A stretch of DNA of 64,000 bases from Lama guanicoe (taxonomy: Eukaryota): the NCBI GenBank assembly GCA_013239625.1, contig MU056050.1, positions 366,504 through 430,503 of the forward strand. Reading direction: 5' to 3'. Shown here in pieces: positions 52,726 through 64,000 of the stretch. Numbering within the stretch: the first letter of the stretch is position 1; each line of letters begins with the position of its first letter. The translations under genes and the position numbers were made by a program. Below the pieces are notes generated by a model, which saw only the letters and a list, made by a program, of their open reading frames with translations, searched no databases and had not been told where the DNA came from.

Positions 52726-53445
52726 TGAAGGAGACTTCTGACAGTTTTGGAGACAACGAAAACACAGGCATGATAACTTCACAAACCACTTGAGTTCTCT
52801 GTCTTTCTCGCCGTTTCTGAGGGCTGTGGGTAAGTTCCTCTTGGTTCTAAACTCCACTTTCTTTGCATTGAGTTCCTGATCTAATTGGCCTTCTGCAGTT
52901 CCATGTTGGGAACTTCTGGTAGTTAGACCACAATTCCCTATTTGATTGGAAAACCTCAGCCCTTGGCCCAGTCTCTAGATTTGATGTTGAGAACTGCTGG
53001 CAGTTCAGTCAGCAGTTCTGCATTTGTTTAGAATCCTGGTCTGCAGTCCTCATGTGTTGGGTCTGCTGGTTCAGTCCTTTCCCCAGTCCCAGGTTCCACA
53101 TTGGGAACTGGTGATGGTGTGCACAGGGCCTTCTCTTGGGCAGGCTGCAGTAATACCTCTTGGTTACTGCTGGTGTGTTAAGGTGCACATGTTTGTCTTG
53201 TTTTATGTAGGTAAAGGCTGTTGTTGATGGGAATCTCGAAAGCTAAGAGTCACAAAATTGGTGGGCATGGGTTGATCACTTAAAATCTGATGGAGCACTT
53301 GCCACTTAACTCTAAGACTCCCATGTTAGGATAAATTGGTCATGGGATGGTTACCCACCAGCCTCAAGAAAATTTCCATGCAATGAGGTACACTGTAAAA
53401 CACCACACAATCCCCGACCCAGCAGCACAACCCTCTTAGGTATGA

Positions 53446-54095
53446 CAGTAGTCCCCTCATATCTGCAGTTTCACTTTCTGTAGTTTCTGTTACCCCTAGT
53501 CAACTGAGGTCTGATAATATTACATGGAAAATTCTAGAATTAAATAATTCATAAGTTTTAAATTGCACACCATTCTGAGTAGTGTGATGAAACCTCATGC
53601 CTTCTCGCTCCATCCAGCCCAGGATCCCCAACTATTGACTCTGTCTGCTCCTGACATCCAACCATGGACAACGTCATGGCTTGATGATCCAGGATCACCC
53701 AAAGCAGATGATCCTCCTGACATGTTATCAGAAAGTCAGCAGTAGCCTAACGTTTTGTCACAATGCCTACATCATTCACCTCACTTCATCTCATCACATA
53801 GGCATTTTATCATCTCATATCACAAGAAGGGTGAGTATAGTACAATAAGATATTTTGTGACAGACCACATTCACATAATTTTTATTACAATATATTTATA
53901 TAATTGTTCTATTTTAGTATTAGTTATTATTGTAACTCTCTTACTGTGTCTAATTTCTAAATTAAACTTTATAATAGGTATGTGTTTATAGGAAAAATAT
54001 AGTATATATATATGGTTCAGTACTGTCCTTGGTTTCAGGTATCCACTGGGGATCTTTCTTGGAATACATACCCTATTATGAAAGAGGGGATACTG
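53446..54095. mobile_element. MER44/Tigger7-like DNA transposon nested in the ERV
   Basis: Ends cagtagtcccctcatatc / gaaagaggggatactg followed by TA; internal gaaaattctagaattaaataattcataagttttaaattgcaca. Confidence 0.75.
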
Positions 54096-54554
54096 TAGTT
54101 TGGCTCTGAGAGACCCAAAAGGCTCAGCTAAAAGAAATGGAATCTTCAAATTCCAGAGTTGAACGCACCACCTCCTGACACACGTGCTTATTTTATGTCT
54201 AAGAACTGGGGTTCTGGAAGGTCTAAGTAACTACAAAAATGACAAAATCTTACTAAAATAACCCTAGAGTTACAATGACTATTACAGCCAATGTTCCAAC
54301 TGGATAAGGTTGTTCAGTTAAGAGGTGCATGAAAAAGCAAGGGTTCCAAAATCAAACAAACAGAATAGGATACCTACTTTAATTGATATATAGAAGCTTC
54401 CAAAAGGCTTCAAGATTCCAAAATAGCTTCAGTGGAAGTTTTGTTGCAGAAAGCTAATGGAAAATCAAAGACACAAAAGTTATCTAGAATAACACCTAGG
54501 CCTTCTGAAATATACCCTCCTAGGGGTCCATCATCAAAATACTGGACCAGAGAT

Positions 54555-54830
54555 TACTATCTGTTTTAATCAACTGGGATACTGGAAAAAAGACTGTCCT
54601 CAAAGGTCCTATGCAAATTCTTCAATATCAACTTGAATGCTCCCATATTTACCTTTGAAGGAGGGGCCCTATATGGGTCCCTCCAGTGTTGATGAGACTC
54701 TGAGGGATTTTTCTAGTAAATTTCTACTTTATTCCCTTAAGCAGCCAAGGGGAAAGTAAAGTTAAAATGAATCAAAAACCTTACCAAATTTTGGTAGATA
54801 CTAGAGCTACAATCTCTACTTTAAACCTTA
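54555..54830 (+). pseudogene. ERV gag zinc-knuckle and protease remnants
   Basis: caactgggatactggaaaaaagactgtcct (QLGYWKKDCP; compare GHWKKDCP) and PYQILVDTRATISTLN (compare the LVDTGA active site). Confidence 0.7.
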
Positions 54831-57800
54831 CTTGGAGCCTGCAGATGGGATCTTGGGAAAACTGGCAGAAGCTGGCTAAGGGTGAGAATTCTTACTAGAG
54901 TCAGCTGTCCTGGATCTCTGTCTGTTGTGTCTTGTAGAGAAAGGAAAATGAAATATCCTTTGCATCCTCCTTGGGGATGCCTCTTGAGTCCAAAGGATTA
55001 CTCAGTATTGCCAGAAATATTTACTGTTTGTCCTGAATGAAACCTGACAAGATATTCGAAAGGATTTTTTTTAAAGTAGCTCTGTGGTCAGAAGTTGGCC
55101 AAATTGGAAGCTGATATCCAGCCTGATGGGAACTTTTTTTAAAGGCCTTCTCCCCCAAGCTAAAATGAAAACTATACACCCAGACGGAAAGAAAAACCTT
55201 CTGAAGCCTTTGTGGAGGGGTTTACTAAAACTTTCCAAAAGACAAGTAGTTCTATATCCAGAACATAGAAATATTTTGATTTCCATCTTAGTGGGAATCT
55301 TCTCCCTGATACAAAAAAACCAAATTGAAGATAATGTGGTTAGTTGAGTGGAACAAGCTGTGAGGCCATTTAAGTTGCAACCCAATTCCCTGAGAGATTA
55401 AAACAACTGTCCTTATTTTATGGATCTTTGCAGAACCAGAAATGTGACTCCAGAAACAATTCAGAGTCCACCTATCCTTTTTACCAATCCAAAAACCTCC
55501 CCTATTTATCTCAGGAGGCTTGTAAGTATTGTAAAAATTCTGTTCTTTAGGGGAACAAGTCCTTCTTGGAGGAACTTGCGTTCTTTCACTGTGCCTTACC
55601 CAGTCTTTCTTTGGGAACTCTTATCTAAACCATTTCCAATTCCTGAGACTGAAAAAAAAGTAGAGGGAAGGCTTTTAAAAAGTACAAACTGCTATAAAAG
55701 CTCTCTTGCCCACAATCTGGTCCACAGCCTCCATAAGATTACTTATCACAGACAAACACAAATCTTAATTAAGTGTCTTCTCCACAAATATTAGTAGAAA
55801 AGGCTTTAGCCATGACCATCTGAGCAGGTATACTTATTTCAACTGTTGTTTTATAAGCTGGTGAGTTTTACATTATCATATCTGTCTCATGGCTAAAATT
55901 TTAGAACAAAAACTATAAGGTCTCTGCATCTATCTGTATGCTTATGTATGTCTCTCTATATATGTTGCAGAAGTGTGGTGTTTTTTTAACCTCCAGAATA
56001 TATTGCCAAAATTAATTTGTAAAAGAGTTCTATGTAATTGGCTTAAAGAAAATTAGACACTTATATGAATTAAGTATTTGTAAAATTCTCAAAAAATATA
56101 ATAGTAACTAACCAAAAATGCTTTTCAGGTTCATGTGATCCAGGAAAATATTTGGTACTAAAGCTACTTTAAGTCTGTTGGTTTAATTAAGATAGACATG
56201 TCTTCAGAGTTATCAACACTGAATATAATGCAGATATTAGTTATATCAACACTGAATATAACTTTTAGTCTATCTATGTTTATTAGTCAAATAAGTTCAT
56301 GATATCCCTGTAATAAAATTTGTCAGAAAGAAACTTGGCATGATGAAGTAATCTAAGCATAATCGTTGAAAACAAATTAATTAAATAGATGTAAGTGAGA
56401 TAAGAGTTTTTAGGTGAACTTTTTAGCAGTAATTATATTTTACAGTATGTCTTCATAAACAATTTCCCCAAATCTTTTTGGTAACCTGAAACCTTAAAGT
56501 TTTGCTAAGTTAAATTAAATGATATATAGTCATTAAATATCTAGATAATTTCTAAATAAGATGAAATATTGAAACACTAGTGAATGTAGGTTTATCCACT
56601 TTTGTTTTCCTTTTACAGAGGAACTAAAGACATTTGAGTTTATTAGTAAACATGTTTTGTCCCACACTGAAAAAAATCACCATGAAAAAACATGTTTTTA
56701 GAAGATATAAAGTGTATTTATAAATATGCCACAAAATGCTGATATAAAAGACAGTTCACAATTGTTTATTTTCACTAGAAATTAAGTTTTCTACAGTTTA
56801 AAAATTATAACTATTAATTAAAACTATTAGAAATAATATTAGAAATAATTTAATAATTATTAAAACTATTAGAAATAATAAGGGAAATATTTTTGTATAT
56901 AAGGAAATTAGGATGTGTGTTTTCAGGAAAAGAAGATATGAGAAATAGAAATGCATTTTTATTGAGGGAGAGTAAAGTAGTTTTGTCCTAAATCTGATTA
57001 TTTCAGAATGGAAGAGGAAAAACATAGGACAAAATCTGAATGTAAAAAAGAATGTTGTAGAAGATTTGTGGAAAAGGAATCTTGGGAAAAGAATTTTATG
57101 CATGGTCAAGCTAGCTAAGATTACAATGAATTTATTTAAGTAAAAAATGAGTTTTATTATCAAAAATAGCTGGTGTAATATTAGAATTTGGTTTTCTCTC
57201 TGTTAAAATGACACTATTGGTCTGCTCTTGTAAGAGATTATAAAGAACTTTATCTTTTAAGTAATCTTCCTAGAAGACAAAGATTTTGTGTCTTATCAAA
57301 ATAATTTCCTGTTGTCTTCATCAAGTCTTTGATTACTTAAGAAAACTGAATCTTCTCTATTAAAAGAGCTAAGGTGTTAAAAAAATTTTTTTACAATTAT
57401 TTAACTTTCTGTATTTGCCTGTGAAGTCTTTAATTGTCACTGGCTAAATAGATAACTAAGTATTGTTTCAGTGACCTATGATCCTGTTTTACCAAATGTT
57501 TTTAAAACCTTTTGATATTTTTGACAACCCTTCAAACACACACACAAATATCAAATTCTAAATGAAGTATTTTTGACCTGGAAGTAACTTTGGGATTTTT
57601 CCAGAGGATCCCTGGAAAATCACAAAAGAATTACTCTCTCTCCTTATAAAAAAGAGATGTTAATTAGGCATGTTTGTCTTGTTCAATTACATGGGAACCA
57701 TTGTCAAATAAGAAATAGTACTAAACCTTCTTTATATTGTGTTTGCATAGATATATGTTATAAGTGTTTTGGAAATTTTATGAAATTCCTGGGAATTTCA

Positions 57801-59584
57801 TATGTCCTGGTATAATGTTATCAGTGATAATTCCAGCTATTATCTTAAAATGTTGTATGTCACAGAAATAACAAGATTTCCTCATCAACTGCATTGTAAT
57901 TAACTCTCACCAGATCTTTAACAATGAGCATTTTTAAGTCTTTTTACAGATAGTTATTGTTTTACACTGATACTTTTGCAAAAGTACTCCTGCAAAGTAC
58001 TTCATCTTCTAGGAGACTCACAGAAAGAACTTTGACAAGTACAAGTTTCTGATAACTTTAAGATCATAAAATTGAACTAAATAAAAATTTCCAGAACTAA
58101 TGAAAAAAACTGGATTCAAGCAGAACAAGTATTAATTACATGAGACCGAATGTACTGAGGAGGATGATTATAATTTTTTTATGACTTTTTGGTTGAAACA
58201 TTGCTGGTTCCTTAATGTTTTGTTTTTCCACATTTAAGGAAACCTTTTCTCTTAAGCTAGCTATGACATGCAGTAATTTGGTAAGGTATACTTTTGTAAA
58301 ACAAAGATGAAACATTTACTTTTTCTCCCTACTTGATCCCTCCAGAATTTGGAAACTCTTGAGTATTCTTTTCATGGCAGTATAGTTAGTTATTTGCATA
58401 AGTTCAATAATGATCTGTTCTCCTTGTAACAGGACACAATTAGAAACATTGGCTATATTACTAGAGCTTTGACTGGAATGTCATATTTGAGAGACATGTG
58501 CCTAGCCTCAGATATGACCAGACAGCTTTAAGGAACTAAGGTTGGCTTTATGGAGTCAATAAAACCCCTTGGAAGAATCGACCTGGTAACTTGCTTACTG
58601 GATTCCTGGCAGCCTTACCAGGTGAGTAAGGAAGGTCACTTCCTGGCAGGCCCAGAAAGCTCAGGATATTTTGGGGATCTCATGAAGAGAGGAATTCACA
58701 CAAACTATAGGCCAGATTTTAGCCAGGCTTCCTGGCCTCAGAGGCTTTTAGTTCAAGCTGAGATTTCTTATGAAAAATTCCAGCAAAGCAGTCTTAAAAA
58801 GAACTTATGGTCAATCACTATTCTTGCTGCACTTAGGTAAAATACAAGGTGAAGTTTACTACAAATGAATTAGTTTTACTGTGATTATCTTGATTTAAAA
58901 AAATGAGGGTGATTATAGAGAGAACAATTATGTTTGCACCTTTGCAGATACTAGATTTTAGTTCTGTTAACTGTCTTTGAAGTTTTGTTATATACCTGTA
59001 AACTGGACTGGATTCTGAATTCTTTTAGTTTCCTCAAATATCTGGCTACAACTCTCCATATCAGCGTTTCCAATTTTCTCCCACCCTTGTGATTTGAAAT
59101 CATTAAGAACAAAAACAACCCTTAAACTTTCTTGAAAGGGACTATACCAGGTCTTTGTCACTTACCCAGAGGGCAACCAGACTTCAGAGACTCGAACCTT
59201 GGGTACATATATCACATCTAAGAAATCTCTGCCTGACATCTGATCCTGTGTAGACACCAAACCAAAGGAAGAGAAGCAGTTGGCATTGATGTAGACTGCC
59301 ATGATGCCAGATCAAGACTTCATACTTTAACTAAACACGAAACCCTCTCTCCTTCTCTTTCTTCCCTTTGCTCTGACATTGGCCTGGAAACATAACTGGG
59401 CAATGCCTGTTAGGTTATCTAACTGTGTCCCTAACTGTCCACAATCAAACTGAGACACTTCATTGGTCATCTCCCCTGAATTTATATCGTTAAGTTAGAA
59501 AAGACCTACTCAGAGGCATTCATGATTCAGAATTCACTTCCTTTGACTGGGTCCGACTTCCCTGGTTAGGAGTGAATACAAATT

Positions 59585-59990
59585 AGGCTATAATCAGGAA
59601 CCACTCCTTAACTCTCGAAAATATTAGAGAATCCACTGCAAAAGCCATTAGCTGCCCAAGAAAAATCCTTAGACTCTTTGGCCAATTTTGCTCTTGATAA
59701 TAGGATAGGCTTTGATTATTTTTTAGTTGAGCAAGGAGTTGTTTGTGCTGTGGCCAACCCACTTGCTGCACCTAGCTTAACATTCTGAAGTGGAAACTCA
59801 GCTACATATGATCACTGAATAAGCCACTTGGCTTAAGTAATTCCTTCAGTGGGGTCTTTGATGTATTAGATTTTGATTAGTTTGGGTCTTAGGGACCATG
59901 ACTTCGAAGTGCACTCCAGACTTTGGGAATTACCGTACTTATCATATCCTAGTAGTCTCCCTGGTGTGCTGCATTCTCTCAAAAGCTTTA
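59585..59990 (+). pseudogene. ERV env transmembrane-subunit remnant
   Basis: AAQEKSLDSLANFALDNRIGFDYFLVEQGVVCAVAN, then frameshifted TCC: immunosuppressive domain plus CX6CC-type motif. Confidence 0.85.
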
Positions 59991-60271
59991 AGTGCATGGT
60001 TGCAGCTGCTCACCAGCAAGAAAATGTTCTCCTTAAAACTGGAATATCAAGAAAGGAACGAAGAGAATGACTGGCTAAAAACCTGTAAATCTAAAGTCAT
60101 GACCTGTGACTGCCACAGAGATCCAGCAAAAAAAAGTCACGACCTGTGAATACCACACAGAGGATCAGCAAAAACTTTGGGAACTTCAGAGTGGTAGCTG
60201 GAAGTGGCACTAAAGCCTTAAATTTTTACCACATCTCCCTTAAGCTGAGAGTCTGATCAAAAGGAGGGGAT

Positions 60272-60653
60272 TGTTAAAAAAGAGACAGTAGGCCCCAAGT
60301 AGAGTCACTTGTGCTAAGCCCACGTCACCAAGCTGAGGCTTAGTACCTAACCTAATTGCGGTTTTAGCCTCTCCTGGGAACGTAGTTGCAGTCAGTCTGG
60401 AATTTTCTGGTCAGCAACCAGTAAGGTAATCCACCTGATAGACCCCTGTTGTCCCCCAAAGGAAGATGACCTTGCCTGAAACAGTCCACTCTTTGCTGGT
60501 AACTTCCTTATCCCTCCTCCTTCTGCTTATCAAAGTCTTCTATTTTGTGCAGCTTCTTGGAGTTCCTTCCTATTTGCTAGATGGATTCATAAATTGTTGA
60601 ATAAAGCCAATTAGAGCTCTAAAACTTACTCAGTTGAATTTTGTTATTTAACA
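60272..60653 (+). repeat. 3' LTR preceded by polypurine tract
   Basis: PPT aaaaggagggga at 60259-60270; tgttaaaaaagagacag...aataaa...ttgttatttaaca. Confidence 0.9.
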
Positions 60654-62187
60654 GGTGTATTGTACATTTTCTTCTACATTTTAGAGAGTTTTCCATGTTA
60701 GTAAATATGTCATTTCAGTCCTATTGTATGGAGGTTTCATGTTCCATTTAACCAAACCTTATTGTTGGGTTTTTGAGGAGTCTTGAGTTTTTCATTATTA
60801 CACATGATGCACATTGAATATCAATAAAGTTGAGTGAGAGTTGAATAAGTCAGTCAGTATAGAACACTTCACAGGGTACTTGGCAAATAATAAGTTCTTT
60901 ATAAATGTTTCTCTTATTTTTATATTGTCAAATTGCCCCATACAAAGATGAACTAATTTACATTCCCAACAGCAAGGTGAGAGGACTTAGTTTCCCTAAA
61001 TCCTTGCCAATTCTTTCAATTTTTGCCTTTTGGATTTCTTTTTCTGTGAATGGCCTGTTCATGTTCTTTTATGGTTCTCCTGTTGTATTCCTCATGTTTT
61101 AAAATTTTTAATTGATTTCTGTACTGGAGCTATCAATCCTTTGTAATATGAATAACAGGTACTTTTTCTTCTAGTGTTTTTGTTTGATGTTTGATTTTAT
61201 TTGCTTTAACCACACAGATATTTTAAAGTTTAACACAGTTAAATCTGTCCATCTTTTCCTTTAGGATTTCTGTCTTTGCCGTCCTCCTTTAGAAAATCTT
61301 TTGCCACAGAACAGGTTTGGAATTCAATAGTGGTGAAACCTTTTTTCCCTTAGGTTAGGTCCACCAGATTCCCTCTGAGGCTTCACTCTTCTGGGACGTG
61401 GTGTTCTAAATTCTACAATGGAATTCACAACCTTAGAATACTTCAAACGCGTGGGAAGGGAATACTTTTATTTATTTTGGATCTACATGTGAGGACAAAA
61501 GACATATTAAGGGTGAGTGTTTTCTACCTTCTCTCAACCCGGAAAACACTTCTGCCTTTTCGTATTTTCTGCTTTGCTTTGCTTTCTAAGGAGAGTTTTG
61601 TCTTCATCAGAGCTATTCCTTTGGGGATCCAACCAAAGAGAACTTGAGTTGCAGATACATTTATTTGAGCTTAGTGGGATATATTTATGTGATTTGCTGT
61701 CACTTCTGCATACAGTTAAGTTATTGCTGGCTGTATCAGTGTAGGAATGACTTGGAGAAACATTTCTGAAGTGGTAAATCTAAAGCTTATTTAAGATTAG
61801 TTATTACATGAAAAACTTGGCACACCCTAAAATCTTATCACTCACATGTAAAAGAAATGATAGAGGTTTTCCCAAATTTTACAACAATTCAGAAAATTTA
61901 TGAGACATTAACCAGTGATGAATGGTGAAGCTGAAAAAGACTTTTCCAAACTCTCAGAAAAACTAAATTGTTTTTCTATTTTCTCTATAGAAATTGTACT
62001 ACAAATAGTGTATTGGATGAAGAGGTGACCAAAGATATGCAGCCAAAAATATAGAAAAAAAAGTAGCATAGAAGTGTGTTTATTTAATTAGAGAATCAAT
62101 TAAATGAAAAAATATTATTTTTAAAAAATTGTGATGTTCATGGTATTTGTCTGTTTTTAAAATATGTATTGCTTATGATTTCTTTCT

Positions 62188-63379
62188 TTTTTTGTATATA
62201 TATTTTTATTGAAGTATAGTCAGTTTACAATGTTGTGTCAATTTCTGGTGTACAGCACAATGCTTCAGTCATACATGAACATACATATATTCATTTTCAT
62301 ATTTTTTCACCATAAGTTATTACAAGATATCAAATATAGTTCCCTGCACTATACAACATGAACTTGTTGTTTATGCATTCTCTCTGTATATATATCAGTT
62401 AGTATATGCAAATCTCTAACTTCCAATTTTTCCCCTCCCACTCCCTTCCCATCCTGGTACCCACAAGTTTTTTCTCTATCTGAGAGTCTGTTTCTGTTTT
62501 ACAAATACACTTGTCTGTCTTTTTTTTTTTAGATTCCACATACAAGTGATATCATATGGTATTTCTCTTCCTCTTTCTGGCTTATTTCACTTAGAATGAC
62601 AATCTCCAGGTCCATCTATGTTGCTGCAAATGACATTATTTTATTATTTCTCATGGCCGAGTAGTATTCCATTGTACCACAGTTTCTTTATCCAGTCATC
62701 TGTCGATGGACATTTAGGTTGTTTCCATGTCTTGGCTATTGTAAACAGTGCTGCTATGAACATTGGGGTGCATGTATCTGTTTGTATTAAGGTTCTCTCT
62801 GGATATATGCCCAGGAGTGGGATTGCTGGATCATATGGTAAGTCTATTTTTAGTCTTTTGAGGAATCTCCATACTGTTTTCCATAATGCTACACCAAAGT
62901 ACATTCCCACCAACAGTGTAGGAGGGTTCCCTTTCCTCCACAGCCTCTCCAGCATTTATTGTTCATGGACTTCTGAATGATGACCATTCTGACTGGTGTG
63001 AGGTAATACTTCACTGTAGTTTTGATTTGCATTTCTCTGATAATTAGCGATATTGAGCGTTTTTTCATGTACCTATTGGCCATTTGTATGTCTTCATTGG
63101 AGAATTGCTTGTTTAGGTCTTTTGCCCATTTTTGGATTGGGTTGTTTGTTTTTTCTTATTAAGTTGTATGAGGTGTTTATATAGTCTTGAAATTAAGCCC
63201 TTGTCAGTCTCATCTTTGCAAATATTTTCTCCCATTCCATAGGTTGTCCTTTTGTTTTGCTTATGGTTTCCTTTGCTGTGCAAAAGTTTATAAGTTTAAT
63301 TAGGTCCCATTTGTTTATTTTTGCTTTTATTTTTATTGCCTGGGTAGACTGCCCTAGGAGAACATTGCTGAGATTTATT
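62188..63379 (-). mobile_element. 5'-truncated L1 (ORF2 C-terminus + 3'UTR) inserted in an older hAT-like element
   Basis: Frameshifted ORF2 peptides ([53 protein letters not shown]); imperfect TSD cttatgatttctttct (62172-62187) / cttgtgatttatttct (63380-63395). Confidence 0.92.
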
Positions 63380-63699
63380 CTTGTGATTTATTTCTGAGTC
63401 TAGATAAATGTTTAGGATTGTACCTAATTTTGCACTTTAAGAAAATGGTATTTAACCCAAATTGTACAAGCTTCAGGCCCCACAAAACCTGGATCTGCCA
63501 CTGCTTGTGAGGTAAATATTGATGGTCATTTGAAGTGTCCCTTGTTATAGATGGTACTGGCTTGCCCAGGCTGGCATAGATAGTTAGTGGTAGAGCCAGG
63601 TTCCAACCCTGAGTCTGTCTGTCTTCAAAGCTTACGTTCGTTTTGATATCTACAGCTGCCTTCTTTCAGATGACAATGTGTAGTAATCAACCCAAATTA

Positions 63700-63915
63700 T
63701 AGTAATAATAATAATCTGAGTTTTTACTCAGTGTCAGGCATTGATATGTATTATTTCATTTAAACTGTACAGTAACCCTATTATGTAAGTATTATTGTCC
63801 TCATTTATAGGTGGAAATACGAAGATCCAGAGAAGTGAATTAAATTGTCCAGGCTCACACAGCTAATAAGTGGTAAAGCCAAGATTTGAATTCATGTCTT
63901 AACAAGTGCAAAGCC
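63700..63915 (-). mobile_element. MIR SINE
   Basis: tattatttcatttaa...cctcatttataggtggaaatac...aagatttgaattca. Confidence 0.7.
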
Positions 63916-64000
63916 TCAACTATGTTATAAACTACTAGGGAAGAAAACTCTGGAGTCATTCCAAAGGAAGACTCACTTATCAGTTCTTTCCATCAGCCTC

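Larger units (their letters stand above)
52306..60653 (+). mobile_element. Decayed ERV1-class (MER4/MER34-group-like) provirus with both LTRs
   Basis: Paired LTRs, PBS, PPT, gag/pro/env remnants, 4-bp TSD ggta/ggtg. Confidence 0.9.

Noticed and set aside
55071..57163. ORFs of 87-124 aa inside the provirus
   Set aside because: No retroviral or cellular motifs recognised; low-complexity AT-rich ERV interior.
62618..63083. Possible functional L1 or gene
   Set aside because: Only about 1.2 kb of 5'-truncated, frameshifted ORF2 end and 3'UTR.

Overview
Mammalian genomic DNA carrying the CUL4B - MCTS1 - C1GALT1C1 block, which is X-linked in eutherians. A tRNA-Ala-derived Vic-1-like SINE suggests a camelid (alpaca/llama/camel). 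Genes read from the sequence: the upstream coding exon of the long CUL4B isoform (minus, 4580-4656); the complete 6-exon MCTS1 gene (plus, CDS 20611-28929, 181 aa, alternative first exon MGKGR, U12-type intron 4); and C1GALT1C1/Cosmc (minus, single coding exon 39993-40949, non-coding exon 1 in a CpG island near 43.2 kb). The rest is mostly repeats: MIR, L2, L1, MaLR, hAT/Tigger DNA transposons and a decayed 8.3 kb ERV1-class provirus with both LTRs (52306-60653). Best leads: (1) a probable fossil leucine-rich-repeat gene between MCTS1 and C1GALT1C1, whose 5' part is duplicated; (2) a TSD-flanked retrocopy of an LTR-initiated read-through transcript inside the MCTS1 minor intron; (3) a tailless 5S rRNA retropseudogene; (4) a perfect 3x57 bp tandem repeat in the C1GALT1C1 intron. 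Repeat family names and comparisons with human proteins come from recognition by eye and memory, not from database searches.
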